A DNA stretch of 64,000 nucleotides from Macrostomum lignano (Eukaryota), in NCBI GenBank assembly GCA_002269645.1, contig NIVC01000095.1:558001-622000 (forward strand). Direction: 5' to 3'. Position 1 is the first letter of the stretch. The number at the start of each line of letters is the position of its first letter. Positions 11,858 to 22,746 of this stretch are shown piece by piece. The notes below the pieces were generated by a model. It was not told the origin of the DNA and searched no databases. It was given only the letters and a program-made list of their open reading frames with translations. The translations under genes and the position numbers were made by a program.

Positions 11858-12233
11858 CCGGCCAAGCGAGCTGCCAGTCCGTCAGGCGTTATCCTTGGCC
11901 AGCCAGACTGAGGACATCGAAGTGGTCCTTGACCTGACCCGGCACCCCAGCCCGGAAGTGCGGCAGCGAGCGCTCAGGGAGATGTGCCCCTGCCGAGTGA
12001 AAACCGACCTATCCGCATTCTGGCAGCGAGTGCTCGAGATGAAGGACGATCCAGAGGCCCGGGTGCGTCAGCAGGTGGCGCACACTCTGTGCGACGGTGC
12101 ACCGAATCACATGGAGCACGAAGTTGTCGAAGTGCTTCGCGAGTTCAACAGGGACGCAGATGCCACCGTGCGTCGGATGGTGCACAAAGCGCTGGTGTCC
12201 TACGACAGAACCGGACGATGGAACGTGCTATGA
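11858..12233 (+). CDS. Small HEAT-repeat-like protein, exon 2
   Basis: Acceptor ttcctcag|C. Three HEAT-like units (HPSPEVRQRALREM, DDPEARVRQQVAHTL, DADATVRRMVHKAL), a CPC motif, and C-terminus YDRTGRWNVL*. 140 aa spliced. Confidence 0.85.
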
Positions 12234-12524
12234 CGTACATCTTTAGTTGTCAGGGTAGCAATCGATGATGATTCTCGCGGTTTAAGATCCTAGGTTGGTT
12301 ATGTGTCGCCTCAAGTGTCCATACTGCCCTGGTTCATAGTTTAACTATGCGTATTTTACTATTTTAAGTAGTGTCAAGATAGGTACGTTTTGCATGACTG
12401 GAAAAATATATTTTTTTGACTCATCAGAATGTTTTTTCTATCTATTCTAACTTAAATTTCCTTACCGTTTACTGGTTGTTCAGTAGACAAAGATAGACAG
12501 ACGAGAATGGGTAAAAGCATACTT

Positions 12525-12573
12525 CACGGACTACTTAAGTACAATTACGTAAACGACAATTAAGTAGTCCGTG
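12525..12573. mobile_element. 49-bp micro-MITE, P-element-like ends
   Basis: Perfect 14-bp TIR CACGGACTACTTAA, 21-bp spacer, and perfect 8-bp TSD GCATACTT (12517-12524, 12574-12581). Confidence 0.8.
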
Positions 12574-12614
12574 GCATACTTATAATGCATTCAAAGCAAG
12601 GCACGAAGAGTGAA

Positions 12615-13152
12615 GGGAGTAAATAACTGAGAACAGAGAAATAGAAACGGAGATAGACATGCAGATAGGGGAAGAGTGAAGGAGGAAAAGGAGAGAGGGA
12701 AAGAGGGAGAAAGAGAGGAAAGATGGGGAGAGAAAAAGAGAGGTGGAAAGAAGAGAGAAAGGACGAGAAAGGGAAAGGGAGAGGGAGAGAAGGTAGAGAG
12801 GAACGGAGAGGGAGAGAGAGGGAGAGGGGAGGGAGAGGTAGAAAGAGGGAGAGAGGGGAGAGGGAGGGAGAGAGAAAGAGAGGGGAGAGAGGAGAGAGGG
12901 AGAAAAGGAGAAAGAGAGAGGGGAGGGAGAGAGAGAGGGGGAGAGAGAAACGGAGAGGGAGAGGGAGAGGGAGGGAGAGGTAGAGAGAGGGAGAGAGAAA
13001 GAGAGGGGAGAGAGGAGAAGAGGAAGGGCGAGATAGGGAGAGGGAGAGAGAGGGAGAGGGGGGGGAAGAGGGAGAGAGAGGGAGAGAGGAGAGAGGGAGA
13101 AAAGGAGAAAGAGAGGAGGAGTGGAGAAAGAGAGAGAGGGAGAGAGGAGAGG
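12615..13152. repeat. GA-rich polypurine low-complexity tract
   Basis: Directly visible. It explains the ERG-rich and LSP-rich ORFs in the track. Confidence 0.95.
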
Positions 13153-13906
13153 AGCAGACAGGTAAGAAAATGCAGAGAGGCAAGGTCGCTAGAAGCAAAG
13201 TATTTATCAGCGACAGGGAGCACCGCACCTCACCTCTCAAACATTACCCAGCAAGCTACAATATTTAGAAGACGAAAAACGGAGACCTTAAAAAGGCTAT
13301 AAAGCTAGAAAATATGCATTTTCAATGCCTAATACGTCATTCAAATGTATTCAATAAACTTTAAACGCATTCAAAGCAAATATTGACCCTTAATTAAGAC
13401 AGGAAATAAAAGTAGAACAGATCGAGGGACGAAAATATGAAAAAACATTTTCTACGAGCTTTGAGTGCAAGCTGACGGAGGGCACACAATGACAGTTTGG
13501 GCAATCTTCTGCTGTGCAGGTGACTATCAATTTTACTTACTTGCTTTGCAGACCTTTTGACTCAAATTCTGTTGCCCTCAAAGTCATTCTTAACTTTGAG
13601 TCTCGCTTATCTATCTAATTTAGCTAATTTCTATAAAGCTTTATCTGCTTTCAGTCTTTGATGGTCTCGATTCCAAATACTGTCAAGTTTGATAAGGCGC
13701 ACAAAGGCAAAAGTCATGTGCGTTGATTTCAGCTCTGTGTATACTAGTTTGCTAATCTATCTGCTGACGCAGCTGTAAATAATTTAATTCTCTAAATTTT
13801 GCTTAAAACAGAACAATTTACCAGCTTTTGGTTCAGGAGTAACTCTCTCACCAATCTCACCAAGTGTACTTTTCTTTTTCAAGTTTTTTCAACCATACTT
13901 TCGAAA

Positions 13907-14000
13907 ATGTTGAAGCAATCGGCAATTGCCTGTTTTGCTATGATGGTCTGCTTGGCAGCTTGCGTTGATGCCACTAACTGGAGGCCCTGTGGCGGCACAG
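13907..14000 (+). CDS. NPC2 / ML (MD-2-related lipid recognition) protein, exon 1
   Basis: Signal peptide MLKQSAIACFAMMVCLAACVDA followed by TNWRPCGGT. Donor G|gtaag, phase 1. Confidence 0.85.
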
Positions 14001-14014
14001 GTAAGAGACTTTAT

Positions 14015-14815
14015 GACCTATGAGCTACTATAGCCTATGAACCATAAGCCGCTGTAGTCTATGACTTATGATCTGCTGTAGTTTATGACCTATGATCTGC
14101 TGTAGTCCATGACCTATGTTCTGCTGTAGCCTATGACCTACAGCATCTGCTGTATTATCTACAGATTAGGTCATCTGCTGTATTCGATGACCTATGATCT
14201 GCTGTAGTCGATGACCTATGATCTGCTGTAGTTTATGACCTATGATCTGCTGTAGGTTATGACCTACGATATGATGTAGTCTATGAACCTATGATCTGCT
14301 GTAGTTTATGACCTATGATCTGCTGTAGTCCATGACCTATGTTCTGCTGTAGCCTATGACCTACAGCATCTGCTGTATTATCTACAGATTAGGTCATCTG
14401 CTGTATTCGATGACCTATGATCTGCTGTAGTTTATGACCTATGATCTGCTGTAGTCCATGACCTATGTTCTGCTGTAGCCTATGACCTACAGCATCTGCT
14501 GTATTATCTACAGATTAGGTCATCTGCTGTATTCGATGACCTATGATCTGCTGTATTCGATGACCTATGATCTGCTGTAGTTTATGACCTATGATCTGCT
14601 GTAGGTTATGACCTATGTTATACTGTAGTCTATGACCTATGATATGCTGTAGTCTATGACCTATGATCTGCTGTAGTCAATGACCTATGTTATGCTGTAG
14701 TCTATGACCTATGATAGACTATAATTGAGTATAGTCTATAGTCTACACTTGAGTACAGTCTATACTATACTTGGGTTGTAGTCAGCTATGACCTATGATC
14801 TGCTGTAGTCTATGA
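14015..14815. repeat. 24-bp minisatellite TATGACCTATGATCTGCTGTAGTY with a higher-order variant
   Basis: Directly visible, in ML intron 1. Confidence 0.95.
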
Positions 14816-14979
14816 CCCAGGAGCTCTGGTTTTAGTCTTTGACCTATGAGCTAATGATAGCTTTAACCGTCGTTCAGCTAGTATACATGTACATAGTGCA
14901 TTTCAATACAATGATCTTAAATATATCCTATATACTAAAAATGAAAACAAAATCTAACCCTTCACACAAAAATTGGCAG

Positions 14980-15081
14980 GCAGGAACACGGTCAAGTTCA
15001 CCGTCGAAGGCTGCGAAGGACGTCGCCTGTGCCCAGTCAGGCGCGGCCAGTCCTATTGGGTGGAGATGCAGTTCAGGGGCT
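14980..15081 (+). CDS. ML protein exon 2
   Basis: GRNTVKFTVEGCEGRRLCPVRRGQSYWVEMQFRG. Acceptor tggcag, donor gtaagt, phase 1/1. Confidence 0.85.
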
Positions 15082-15169
15082 GTAAGTTACCGCATGTTTG
15101 TTTCTGAAGATTATATGCTTCGCATTCTGTCTACTTAATGCATTAACTTCCGAATTTTCAAGATAGCAA

Positions 15170-15490
15170 CAGCTACTAAGAAACTCATGCTATTATATAA
15201 TTGTTACGTAATCAGCTACCATAGAACCTGAGGCTATTACGAGTATATAATAGTTACTCAATCAGCTACCATAGAACCTCAGGCTATTATATAATAGTTA
15301 CGCAATAGCATAGAATCAGAGGCTGTTATATAATAGTTACGCAGTCAGCTACGATAGAACCCCAGGTTATTATATAATAGTTACGTAATAGCAACCATAG
15401 AACCTCAGGCTATTATATATTAGTTACGTAATAGCAACCATAGAACCTCAGGCTATTATGTAATAGTAGTTACGCAATAGCTACCATAGA
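15170..15490. repeat. ~42-bp diverged minisatellite (AGCTACCATAGAACCTCAGGCTATTATATAATAGTTACG...)
   Basis: About 7 units, in ML intron 2. Confidence 0.9.
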
Positions 15491-15523
15491 ACCTTCTCTG
15501 GTCAACCTTCATTTGTACCTCAG

Positions 15524-15711
15524 CATCCGACGCCGACACTTTGGTCGCCTCAGTTCTGGGCAAATCGCGCGGCATGTCCAGTGCGATGCCCCTATCGACC
15601 AACAATTTCGATAGTAACGCCTGCGACTACCTGAATGGAGGCTGCCCGGTGCGCAGGAACACGGTGCACACCTACCGGTACCCGCTCTTCATCGAGCCGT
15701 TCTTCCCGCCG
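15524..15711 (+). CDS. ML protein exon 3
   Basis: ...NACDYLNGGCPVRRNTVHTYRYPLFIEPFFPP. Acceptor cctcag, donor gtaaat, phase 1/0. Confidence 0.88.
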
Positions 15712-15818
15712 GTAAATGATCTTCTACCGACGTGTCTTTGCTTTGCTTCATTTTCCTACTAGCAGAGTTTTTAAGCAACTGAGTCTCACAGGAGCAATAC
15801 CTAATTATTGCTGTAGGG

Positions 15819-15895
15819 CAGGGGTTGGTAAACTCCAGCCAGTAACCTCATGCGGCCCGCCCTCAACTTCCTAATAGCGAACCGGCCAGCAAAAA
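15819..15895 (+). mobile_element. hAT-like terminal fragment (copy 2), followed by a CT-rich tract (~15900-16030)
   Basis: CAGGGGTTGGTAAACTCC...GCGGCCCGCCCTC resembles hAT/Charlie-type left ends. Confidence 0.55.
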
Positions 15896-16076
15896 GCTTT
15901 TGTCTCTTCTCAGCTCTCTTTTCGCTTCCTTCTCTCCTCTCCATTCTCTCCTCTCCCTTCTCTCCTCTCCCTTCTCTCCTCTCCCTTCTCTCCTCTCCCT
16001 TCTGTCCTCTCCCTTCTCTCCTCTCCCTTATATTTTGGTAATTAAAATGTCTCGAACCTCTTATACCTGGCTCCAG

Positions 16077-16160
16077 AGCACCTACCTGATCAACTACGGT
16101 CTGAAGGACGCCACCGGTCGGTCCCAGGGCTGCGCTCGGCTCATCATTCGCGTGATGTAG
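16077..16160 (+). CDS. ML protein exon 4
   Basis: STYLINYGLKDATGRSQGCARLIIRVM*. The spliced product is 155 aa with six mature-chain Cys in an NPC2-like pattern. Confidence 0.88.
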   Translation, partial: STYLINYGLKDATGRSQGCARLIIRVM

Positions 16161-16487
16161 AAAACCGAAGCTTGCCAAGCAAACTTAATGAAGTTTCAAC
16201 TTATACATAAAGCCTCATCTTTAACAGAATATAAGCCATTAATACGAGGCTTAAAACTTTAAGTCCATGTAGCGATCATCTATTATCAGTTGTCATCTTT
16301 TTTCTGTAGTTAAACAAAAATGAGCAAGTCTCAAAGTCGTTGTAGTTGTTTCATCATATCGTTAAATGCCAACTTTTTGATAATAAAAGCACAAGATATA
16401 TACACTGAGCGACACAATACTTCGTTGTGGCATCGTTTGTATTATATTATTATTTACACCATGTACGAGCCCACAAGTACTAGTTCC

Positions 16488-17288
16488 TCATAGACTAATC
16501 TCATACTTGCTGCTCATAGACTAATCTCATGCTTGTCGCTCATAGACAAACCTCATACTTGATGCTCATAGACTAATCTCATACTTGATGCTCATAGACT
16601 AATCTCATACTTGATGCTCATAGACAAATCTCATACTTGATGCTCATAGACTAATCTCATGCTTGTCGCTCATAGACTAATCTCATGCTTGTCGCTCATA
16701 GACTAATCTCATGCTTGTCGCTCATAGACTAATCTCATGCTTGTCGCTCATAGACAAATCTCATACTTGATGCTCATAGACTAATCTCATACTTGATGCT
16801 CATAGACTAATCTCATACTTGATGCTCATAGACTAATCTCATACTTGCTGCTCATAGACTAATCTCATACTTGATGCTCATAGACTAATCTCATGCTTGT
16901 CGCTCATAGACTAATCTCATACTTGATGCTCATAGACTAATCTCATACTTGATGCTCATAGATTAATCTCATACTTGCTGCTCATAGACTATTCTCATAC
17001 TTGATGCTCATAGACTAATCTCATACTTGCTGCTCATAGACTAATCTCATACTTGATGCTCATAGACTAATCTCATACTTGATGCTCATAGACTAATCTC
17101 ATACTTGATGCTCATAGACTAATCTCATGCTTGATGCTCATAGACTAATCTCATGCTTGTCGCTCATAGACTAATCTCATGCTTGTCGCTCATAGACTAA
17201 TCTCATGCTTGATGCTCATAGACTAATCTCATACTTGATGCTCATAGACTAATCTCATGCTTGTCGCTCATGACTAATCTCATGCTTG
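16488..17288. repeat. 26-bp minisatellite CATAGACTAATCTCATACTTGATGCT
   Basis: About 30 tandem units. Confidence 0.95.
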
Positions 17289-17325
17289 TCAACTGTTGTT
17301 GATGGTTGTCGAGCCAACTGTATGA

Positions 17326-18156
17326 GCACCTGGACAGCGGTCAGGACACCAGGAAGCTGCTGCTGGCGTAGAGACACTCGACTTTCTACGCGACTGGGCC
17401 GCCCAAAAATCACTGCTGAAACTCTTACCTAGGGAGACATCCGCTCGGACTGACGAACCGGCTACCAGGCCTTCGCAGTCTGCATGCAGCGCCTCCACGT
17501 TACATCCTCCAGCTGAGGACACACCTGAGAATCTTGCGGAGGACACAACTGAGAAACCAGCTGAGGACACAACAAGGAAACCAGCTGAGGACACAACTAG
17601 GAAACCAGCTGAGGACACAACTAGGAAACCAGCTGAGGACTCAACTAGGAGACCAGCTGAGCACACAACTGAGAAACCAGCTGAGGACACAACTAGGAGA
17701 CCAGCTGAGGACACAACTGAGAAACCAGCTGAGGACACAACTAGGAGACCAGCTGAGGACACAACTGAGAAACCAGCTGAGGACACAACTAGGAGACCAG
17801 CTGAGGACACAACTAGGAGACCAGCTGAGGACACAACTGAGAAACCAGCTGAGGACACAACTAGGAGACCAGCTGAGGACACAACTGAGAAACCAGCTGA
17901 GGACACAACAAAGAAACCAGCTGAGGACACAACTAGGAAACCAGCTGAGGACACAACTAGGAAACCAGCTGAGGACACAACTAAGAAGCCAGATGAGAAC
18001 TCAAAGGAAGACCAATGGAAGCCAGAAAAAGCAGAGTCCAGCAGAGACACTCAAAAGGCTTCCAACGATTCTGCTGACAACTTAAGGACCCCCAGAAATA
18101 GAGAGGAAGAGCATGAAAAATTTGTCACTTGGATTGAGCAACGAACAAATCATTAG
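17326..18156 (+). other. 276-codon open frame with ~20 x PAEDTT(E/R)(K/R) repeats (24-bp unit); no start codon found
   Basis: Translated by hand with no stop from 17326 to TAG at 18154-18156. It has unique sequence on both sides of the repeat and is not in the ORF track. Confidence 0.45.
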
Positions 18157-18539
18157 GACGTAAAGGGAATAACTTGTAAAAAAAATCAGTTTAAAGTTCA
18201 CTATTTTAAGTAATCTTGTCTTCCTAGATTTCCTTGATCTATTATAGCCTTTCCGCACGCATTTCTGTCGCACCTTAACGTGCGTATGTAGATCGTGTAC
18301 TTTCGTCACACTTTCTAAACATTCAATTAATTATGCTTATTGAACTTATCAAAGCACCCATAGGATCGATATCTCTACTACTGTATAAGTTTTAGTAAGC
18401 TTTTATTCGAAATAACTTTTGGACAAAGCTATCAACAGCTTTTTTTACAAAGCGCATTTAAAAAAGACTTGCAGCCAACAAAAGGTGGCTTGCGGAAGCG
18501 GGAGTTGGCCGACACCATCTTCTGCCTATCTAGGAAGTC

Positions 18540-19030
18540 TCTAGGAAGTCCCCAGCGCTCCGGTGTTTCTGTTCCCACGCAGTGTGACGAACAGTGACCG
18601 CTCGGACCTACGAAAAACCGCGTTTAGGTCTCCGAGGACGATCCCTGTGTCACGCTGCGCCGCTGCCCCATCTGTACCGACAGCTGCTCGAAGAAGTCTT
18701 GAGCCTCATCAGGACGGGTGGCAGGTGGCGCATACGTGCAGAATAGGCGAGCGTTCCGGCCTCGAAGCCAACTTCAACTCAAACAACTCCAACTCCTCCA
18801 CGGCCTTGTTGGTCCGCCGATGTGTTGTGGAGGGTCCATCCGGCGCCCAGATCCTCACAGTGAAGCCCCGGATCAGCCTTGATAGACACCTCGTGCAGTG
18901 CGATGATATCACAGCTTAGGTCGATCGCTAGCTTTGCCAGAGCCCCTCTCCGCCGGGCGGCCTTGAGAGTGCGGCAGTGCAGCGTCCAGTTCGGCGGCAG
19001 TTTAGCGGCAGTTCGGGAAATTCGCATAGA
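18540..19030 (-). mobile_element. RTE-type LINE endonuclease fragment, decayed
   Basis: AP-endonuclease motifs HCRTL, DIIALHEV, GRGGVG, YAP, and GDLNA (in a shifted frame). Confidence 0.75.
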
Positions 19031-19444
19031 AAATACTAGCGTACAAAGCGCAATGAAGAAGCAGTTTTGAGGCTCACTAGCTACTCAGTGCGGGTTCCGT
19101 GCTAAGGATGTGGACTCTGTTGGCTTTATAAAAAGTATTAGAGATGTAGCTGATCGATTTTAGTCTTTTTCTGAGACAACAAGTGAGTGAGTGAGAGAGG
19201 ATAAAAGCAGAGGATGACTCAATCGCTATAGTAGTTTCAGCTATATACAAAGAGTCACATTCAAAACTAACTGCAAGTTGTAATTCTTTCTCAATATTCT
19301 CAAAGTGATTGTATTTTGGACATTCCCTCGTTTGTCAGGAAAGGAGAGAATGAAGAGGAGAGAAAAGAGAGGAGAGAAGGGAGAGAAGAAGAGAGAAAGA
19401 GAAGAGATTATTCGAGAGAAGACAGTTAAGAAAAGAAGAAACTT

Positions 19445-19545
19445 TAAGCAGGCCGGATTGCTATGGTGAAGTTTCAAAGGACCCGAGGGCAGGATAGAGA
19501 GGTATCACGGGCTGCATGTGGTCTGTGGTCCGGAGTTTGCGGATC
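19445..19545 (-). mobile_element. hAT-like terminal fragment (copy 3), adjacent to a GA tract (19340-19440)
   Basis: Revcomp CCGCAAACTCCGG...GCCCTCGGGTCCTTTGAAACTTCACCATAGCAATCCGGCC, matching copy 1. Confidence 0.5.
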
Positions 19546-20599
19546 AATGAATTATACAAACGTCTAAAACTTTGGTATGCATCAGCTACATGTATATGTA
19601 ATTTTCTTAAATTAATCATTATCTGATGCGCCTAGAATCTCTATGCTTCTCTCTCAATGTTGGACTTTCTGGCTCAAATAGCTCCTCGAACTCTCGCTAG
19701 CAAAATTCGGACTAAGGCTATCTGCGCGGATACTTAGCTCGTACTTTAATATAAAAGACTAGGGCAGAAAGGAGTGAAATCGAGTATGTCAGCCTTTCCC
19801 TAAGTCATTAGGTTCGATCTTAGATAGGATCGAAGTTATAAGTCCGTCATAAAGGTTTTTAAACACACCTGTGACTGAATCATAAGTTCGAGCTAAAGTT
19901 GAAACTTAAGAGTCAGTCTTAGGACACATTGTCGCTATCTGTCGGTGTAATGTTAAAATACCTATTTGCCAGTGACGTTTCAGAGACTCATACTAAACCA
20001 TAGCGTAATGTGCTACTTAAAGTAATAAGTAGAGAAAAATCTATTTTAATCTGTAACCTAGAGTCATGGGCCCCATGGGCCCGTTCTATAAAACTTTCGT
20101 AAGTTCCATCGTACGATCGAACTTACGCACGAGAGTTGAGAACCGTCTCAGAATGTTCTTAAGTGCGTTCGGTGAAACTTTCGCAGATGCGTCGTAACTT
20201 ACGCAGTAGCTGCGATCAAACTTAAGAATTCATGCCTGACTTTTTCCTCTGCCAGTGGTCTTTTTGAAACTGATTTTACCGTAATTGGAACTTAGCTTGT
20301 AAAAAACACACGATGCAATCTTAAATTAAAGTAAGAAATAATCATGCTCATTTATCCATTACCATTACAATCAATATGAGCTATGACCATTTTGTCACAG
20401 GTCGATTCCATTGTTGTATTTAGGCACATTAAAAAACATTCAAACAAGGGTGCCTTATTCATTCGCATATACAAATAAGGCCTAGCGAATTCCTTAATTA
20501 CGTTCCTAGTGCCATTTTGACACATCACATGTCATTAAAATTAAGCTGCTGACTGCTCTCATTGCCTCGATTTTTCTTTTTTATCGTCAGTCTCGATCT

Positions 20600-21304
20600 T
20601 CAGCCTCTCTCTCTCTCGAGAAACAATCTGTCGTTTTCAACTTCCAATCGAGCTTCCTCCACCCGAAGACGTTTTATTTCTAAGCTTTCGATCAGCCCAA
20701 GTTTGCTCTGCTTTCGCTGACGCTTCGTGTTCTTGGCAGCGGGGTTAGCAACAGACTCCACTTTTTTCGTCGTCAGCTGTCTCGTACTCAGGCGATGCGC
20801 CTCTGCCAACTGCTTCGGAAAATTCATCAGCAGGCGCACTTGCGATATCAATGTACGAGCGTACAATGTACTTGGCCGCCGAGCTTGATGCTGCACTATT
20901 GGATTTAGGCAGCTGCAGCGTGTCAACACCACGTGGCACGCCTTCCACGACCTGTTTACGGATGGACTGCGCCGCCTTCTCCTCTAAATTCGACAGCTGT
21001 GGGGCCTGCGATGGACCGCCTCCTGTCTTAGCTTGCTCTTTGCGGATGCTGGCTACTTTGTTCTTCAATTGACTCTTGAAGTCGGACCACCGCTTTCGGC
21101 AGTTCTCTCCAGAACGTCCTTGTCCACGACTGCATTCAAGATATCGGCAATTTGCTGCCATCCACGTTTTTTTCGAAAATTCGCTTCGACAGTATTTGAG
21201 GGGCTCTCCAGGTAACTTTTCCGTTCGGTCGTTGCTTCTTGCAGCGTCTCCAGTTCCGCCGTTGACCAGTTCGCCGCGCGTTTTTGTGCTGCGTTAGAAT
21301 TCAT
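20600..21304 (-). pseudogene. Harbinger Myb/SANT-like DNA-binding protein (frameshifted)
   Basis: KRAANWSTAELETL...KKRGWQQIADILNAV / GRSGENCRKRWSDFK...KTGGGP. There is a -1 shift near 21126 and a second shift near 20765 before an E/R-rich coiled-coil tail. Confidence 0.85.
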
Positions 21305-21630
21305 TGCATTCCAATTATTTGGCACTTTCGCCCGTATCAGCTTCTCTTTATGCTGTTATACGAGCTATACGAGCGTAATTGCCACTCTACTTAAATATCG
21401 ATTGGTCAAGGCTGTTTGCAACCCTTCGACGGCAAGATCAATTATGTGATGCGAACGTATATTTGAGGAGCAATTATCAGGTCGGCCTGATAAGACGGTC
21501 AGCCAGTCACAGTATAGGGGACATAAAGTTAAGGATAATTAGAGTGGTTTGACACCGGCCCCGGGCCCTCTTAAAACTTACTTAATTAACCAATAAAATC
21601 TATTATCTAATTATCTATTTGAAGCAACTT

Positions 21631-22746
21631 ATGTTTCAAGGACTTAGCGCTGAAATTCCCCATCGGATTGCTAACTCACTTGCAATTGCCAAAGTCAGAT
21701 CCGAGAATGAATTTTTGGACATCGCATTATTCGCTCAGCATGCTTTGAGAACTGAGAGAAGGTTTCGAGACAGACTTGACCCTCTCGACTTCAGTGATCG
21801 GGAAATTTTCGAGCGGTACCGGCTGCCACGTCAACCTTTGCTGGAGCTCATTGAGTTGCTGCGGCCGCAACTACAACGTCAGACGCGTCGCAACAGAGCT
21901 ATTTCCGTCGAACTGCAGGTTTGCCTTGCCCTCCGATTTTTTGCAACAGGCAGCTTTCTCAAAATCATTGGGGACGTTTTCAACTGTAGCTGCGTCACGG
22001 TGTCCGGAGTTGTGACTGAAGTTTGCCCGCTGCTTCAGGACATGGCACCCATTCGCATTTCGTTTCCAAGCAATTAGCAAGCAGCAGCAGCATCAGCACG
22101 TGCATTTTTTGAAATTGCCGGAATGCCTCAGGTGCTCGGAGCCATAGACTGCACGCACATCCGCATCCGGCGCCCTACCGATGACGGTGGAATCTTCATT
22201 AATCGAAAAGGATTTCACTCGATTAATGTTCAGGCCGTATGTAGTGCCAATCTCGCATTTACAAACGTTGTCGCACGTTGGCCTGGAAGTAGCCACGACC
22301 CCTTCATTTTTCAACAATCTGCACTGAACGATCTCCTCGCGGATGGGAAGGTCGCTGGCTTCTTGGTTGGAGATGCGGGCTACCCACTCCGACCGTTTCT
22401 GATGACGCCATTTAGGGATCCACAAACAAATTCCGAGCAAAATTTCAACCGGCGACTAAGCAAAACGCGCGTAATAATCGAGAGGGCTTTTGGTGTTTTG
22501 AAAGCGAGATTTCGATGCCTCGATCACAGCGGAGGAGCTTTACAATTCAATCCGAGTAAAGTGTGCAACATCATTGTTGCATGCTGCGTGCTCCACAATT
22601 TCGCCGTGGCCAGAGCCATTCCAATTCCACCTGAACATCAGCCGCTAGCCATGGAAGCAACTGCTGAAAATGAAGCCGCACTGGCTGAAGACACCGCTGC
22701 TGGTCGAGCAGAAAGGCAGCGGATCATGGAGCTACTCCCACCGTGA
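21631..22746 (+). pseudogene. Harbinger (HARBI1-like DDE_Tnp_4) transposase with one in-frame stop
   Basis: RFRDRLDPL, GAIDCTH (D), NRKGFHSINVQ, WPGSSHD, GDAGY (D), IERAFG (E). The two track ORFs are in the same frame, separated by TAG at 22075-22077. Confidence 0.92.

Noticed and set aside
12560-13302. ERG-rich and LSP-rich ORFs
   Set aside because: They are translations of a GA microsatellite tract.
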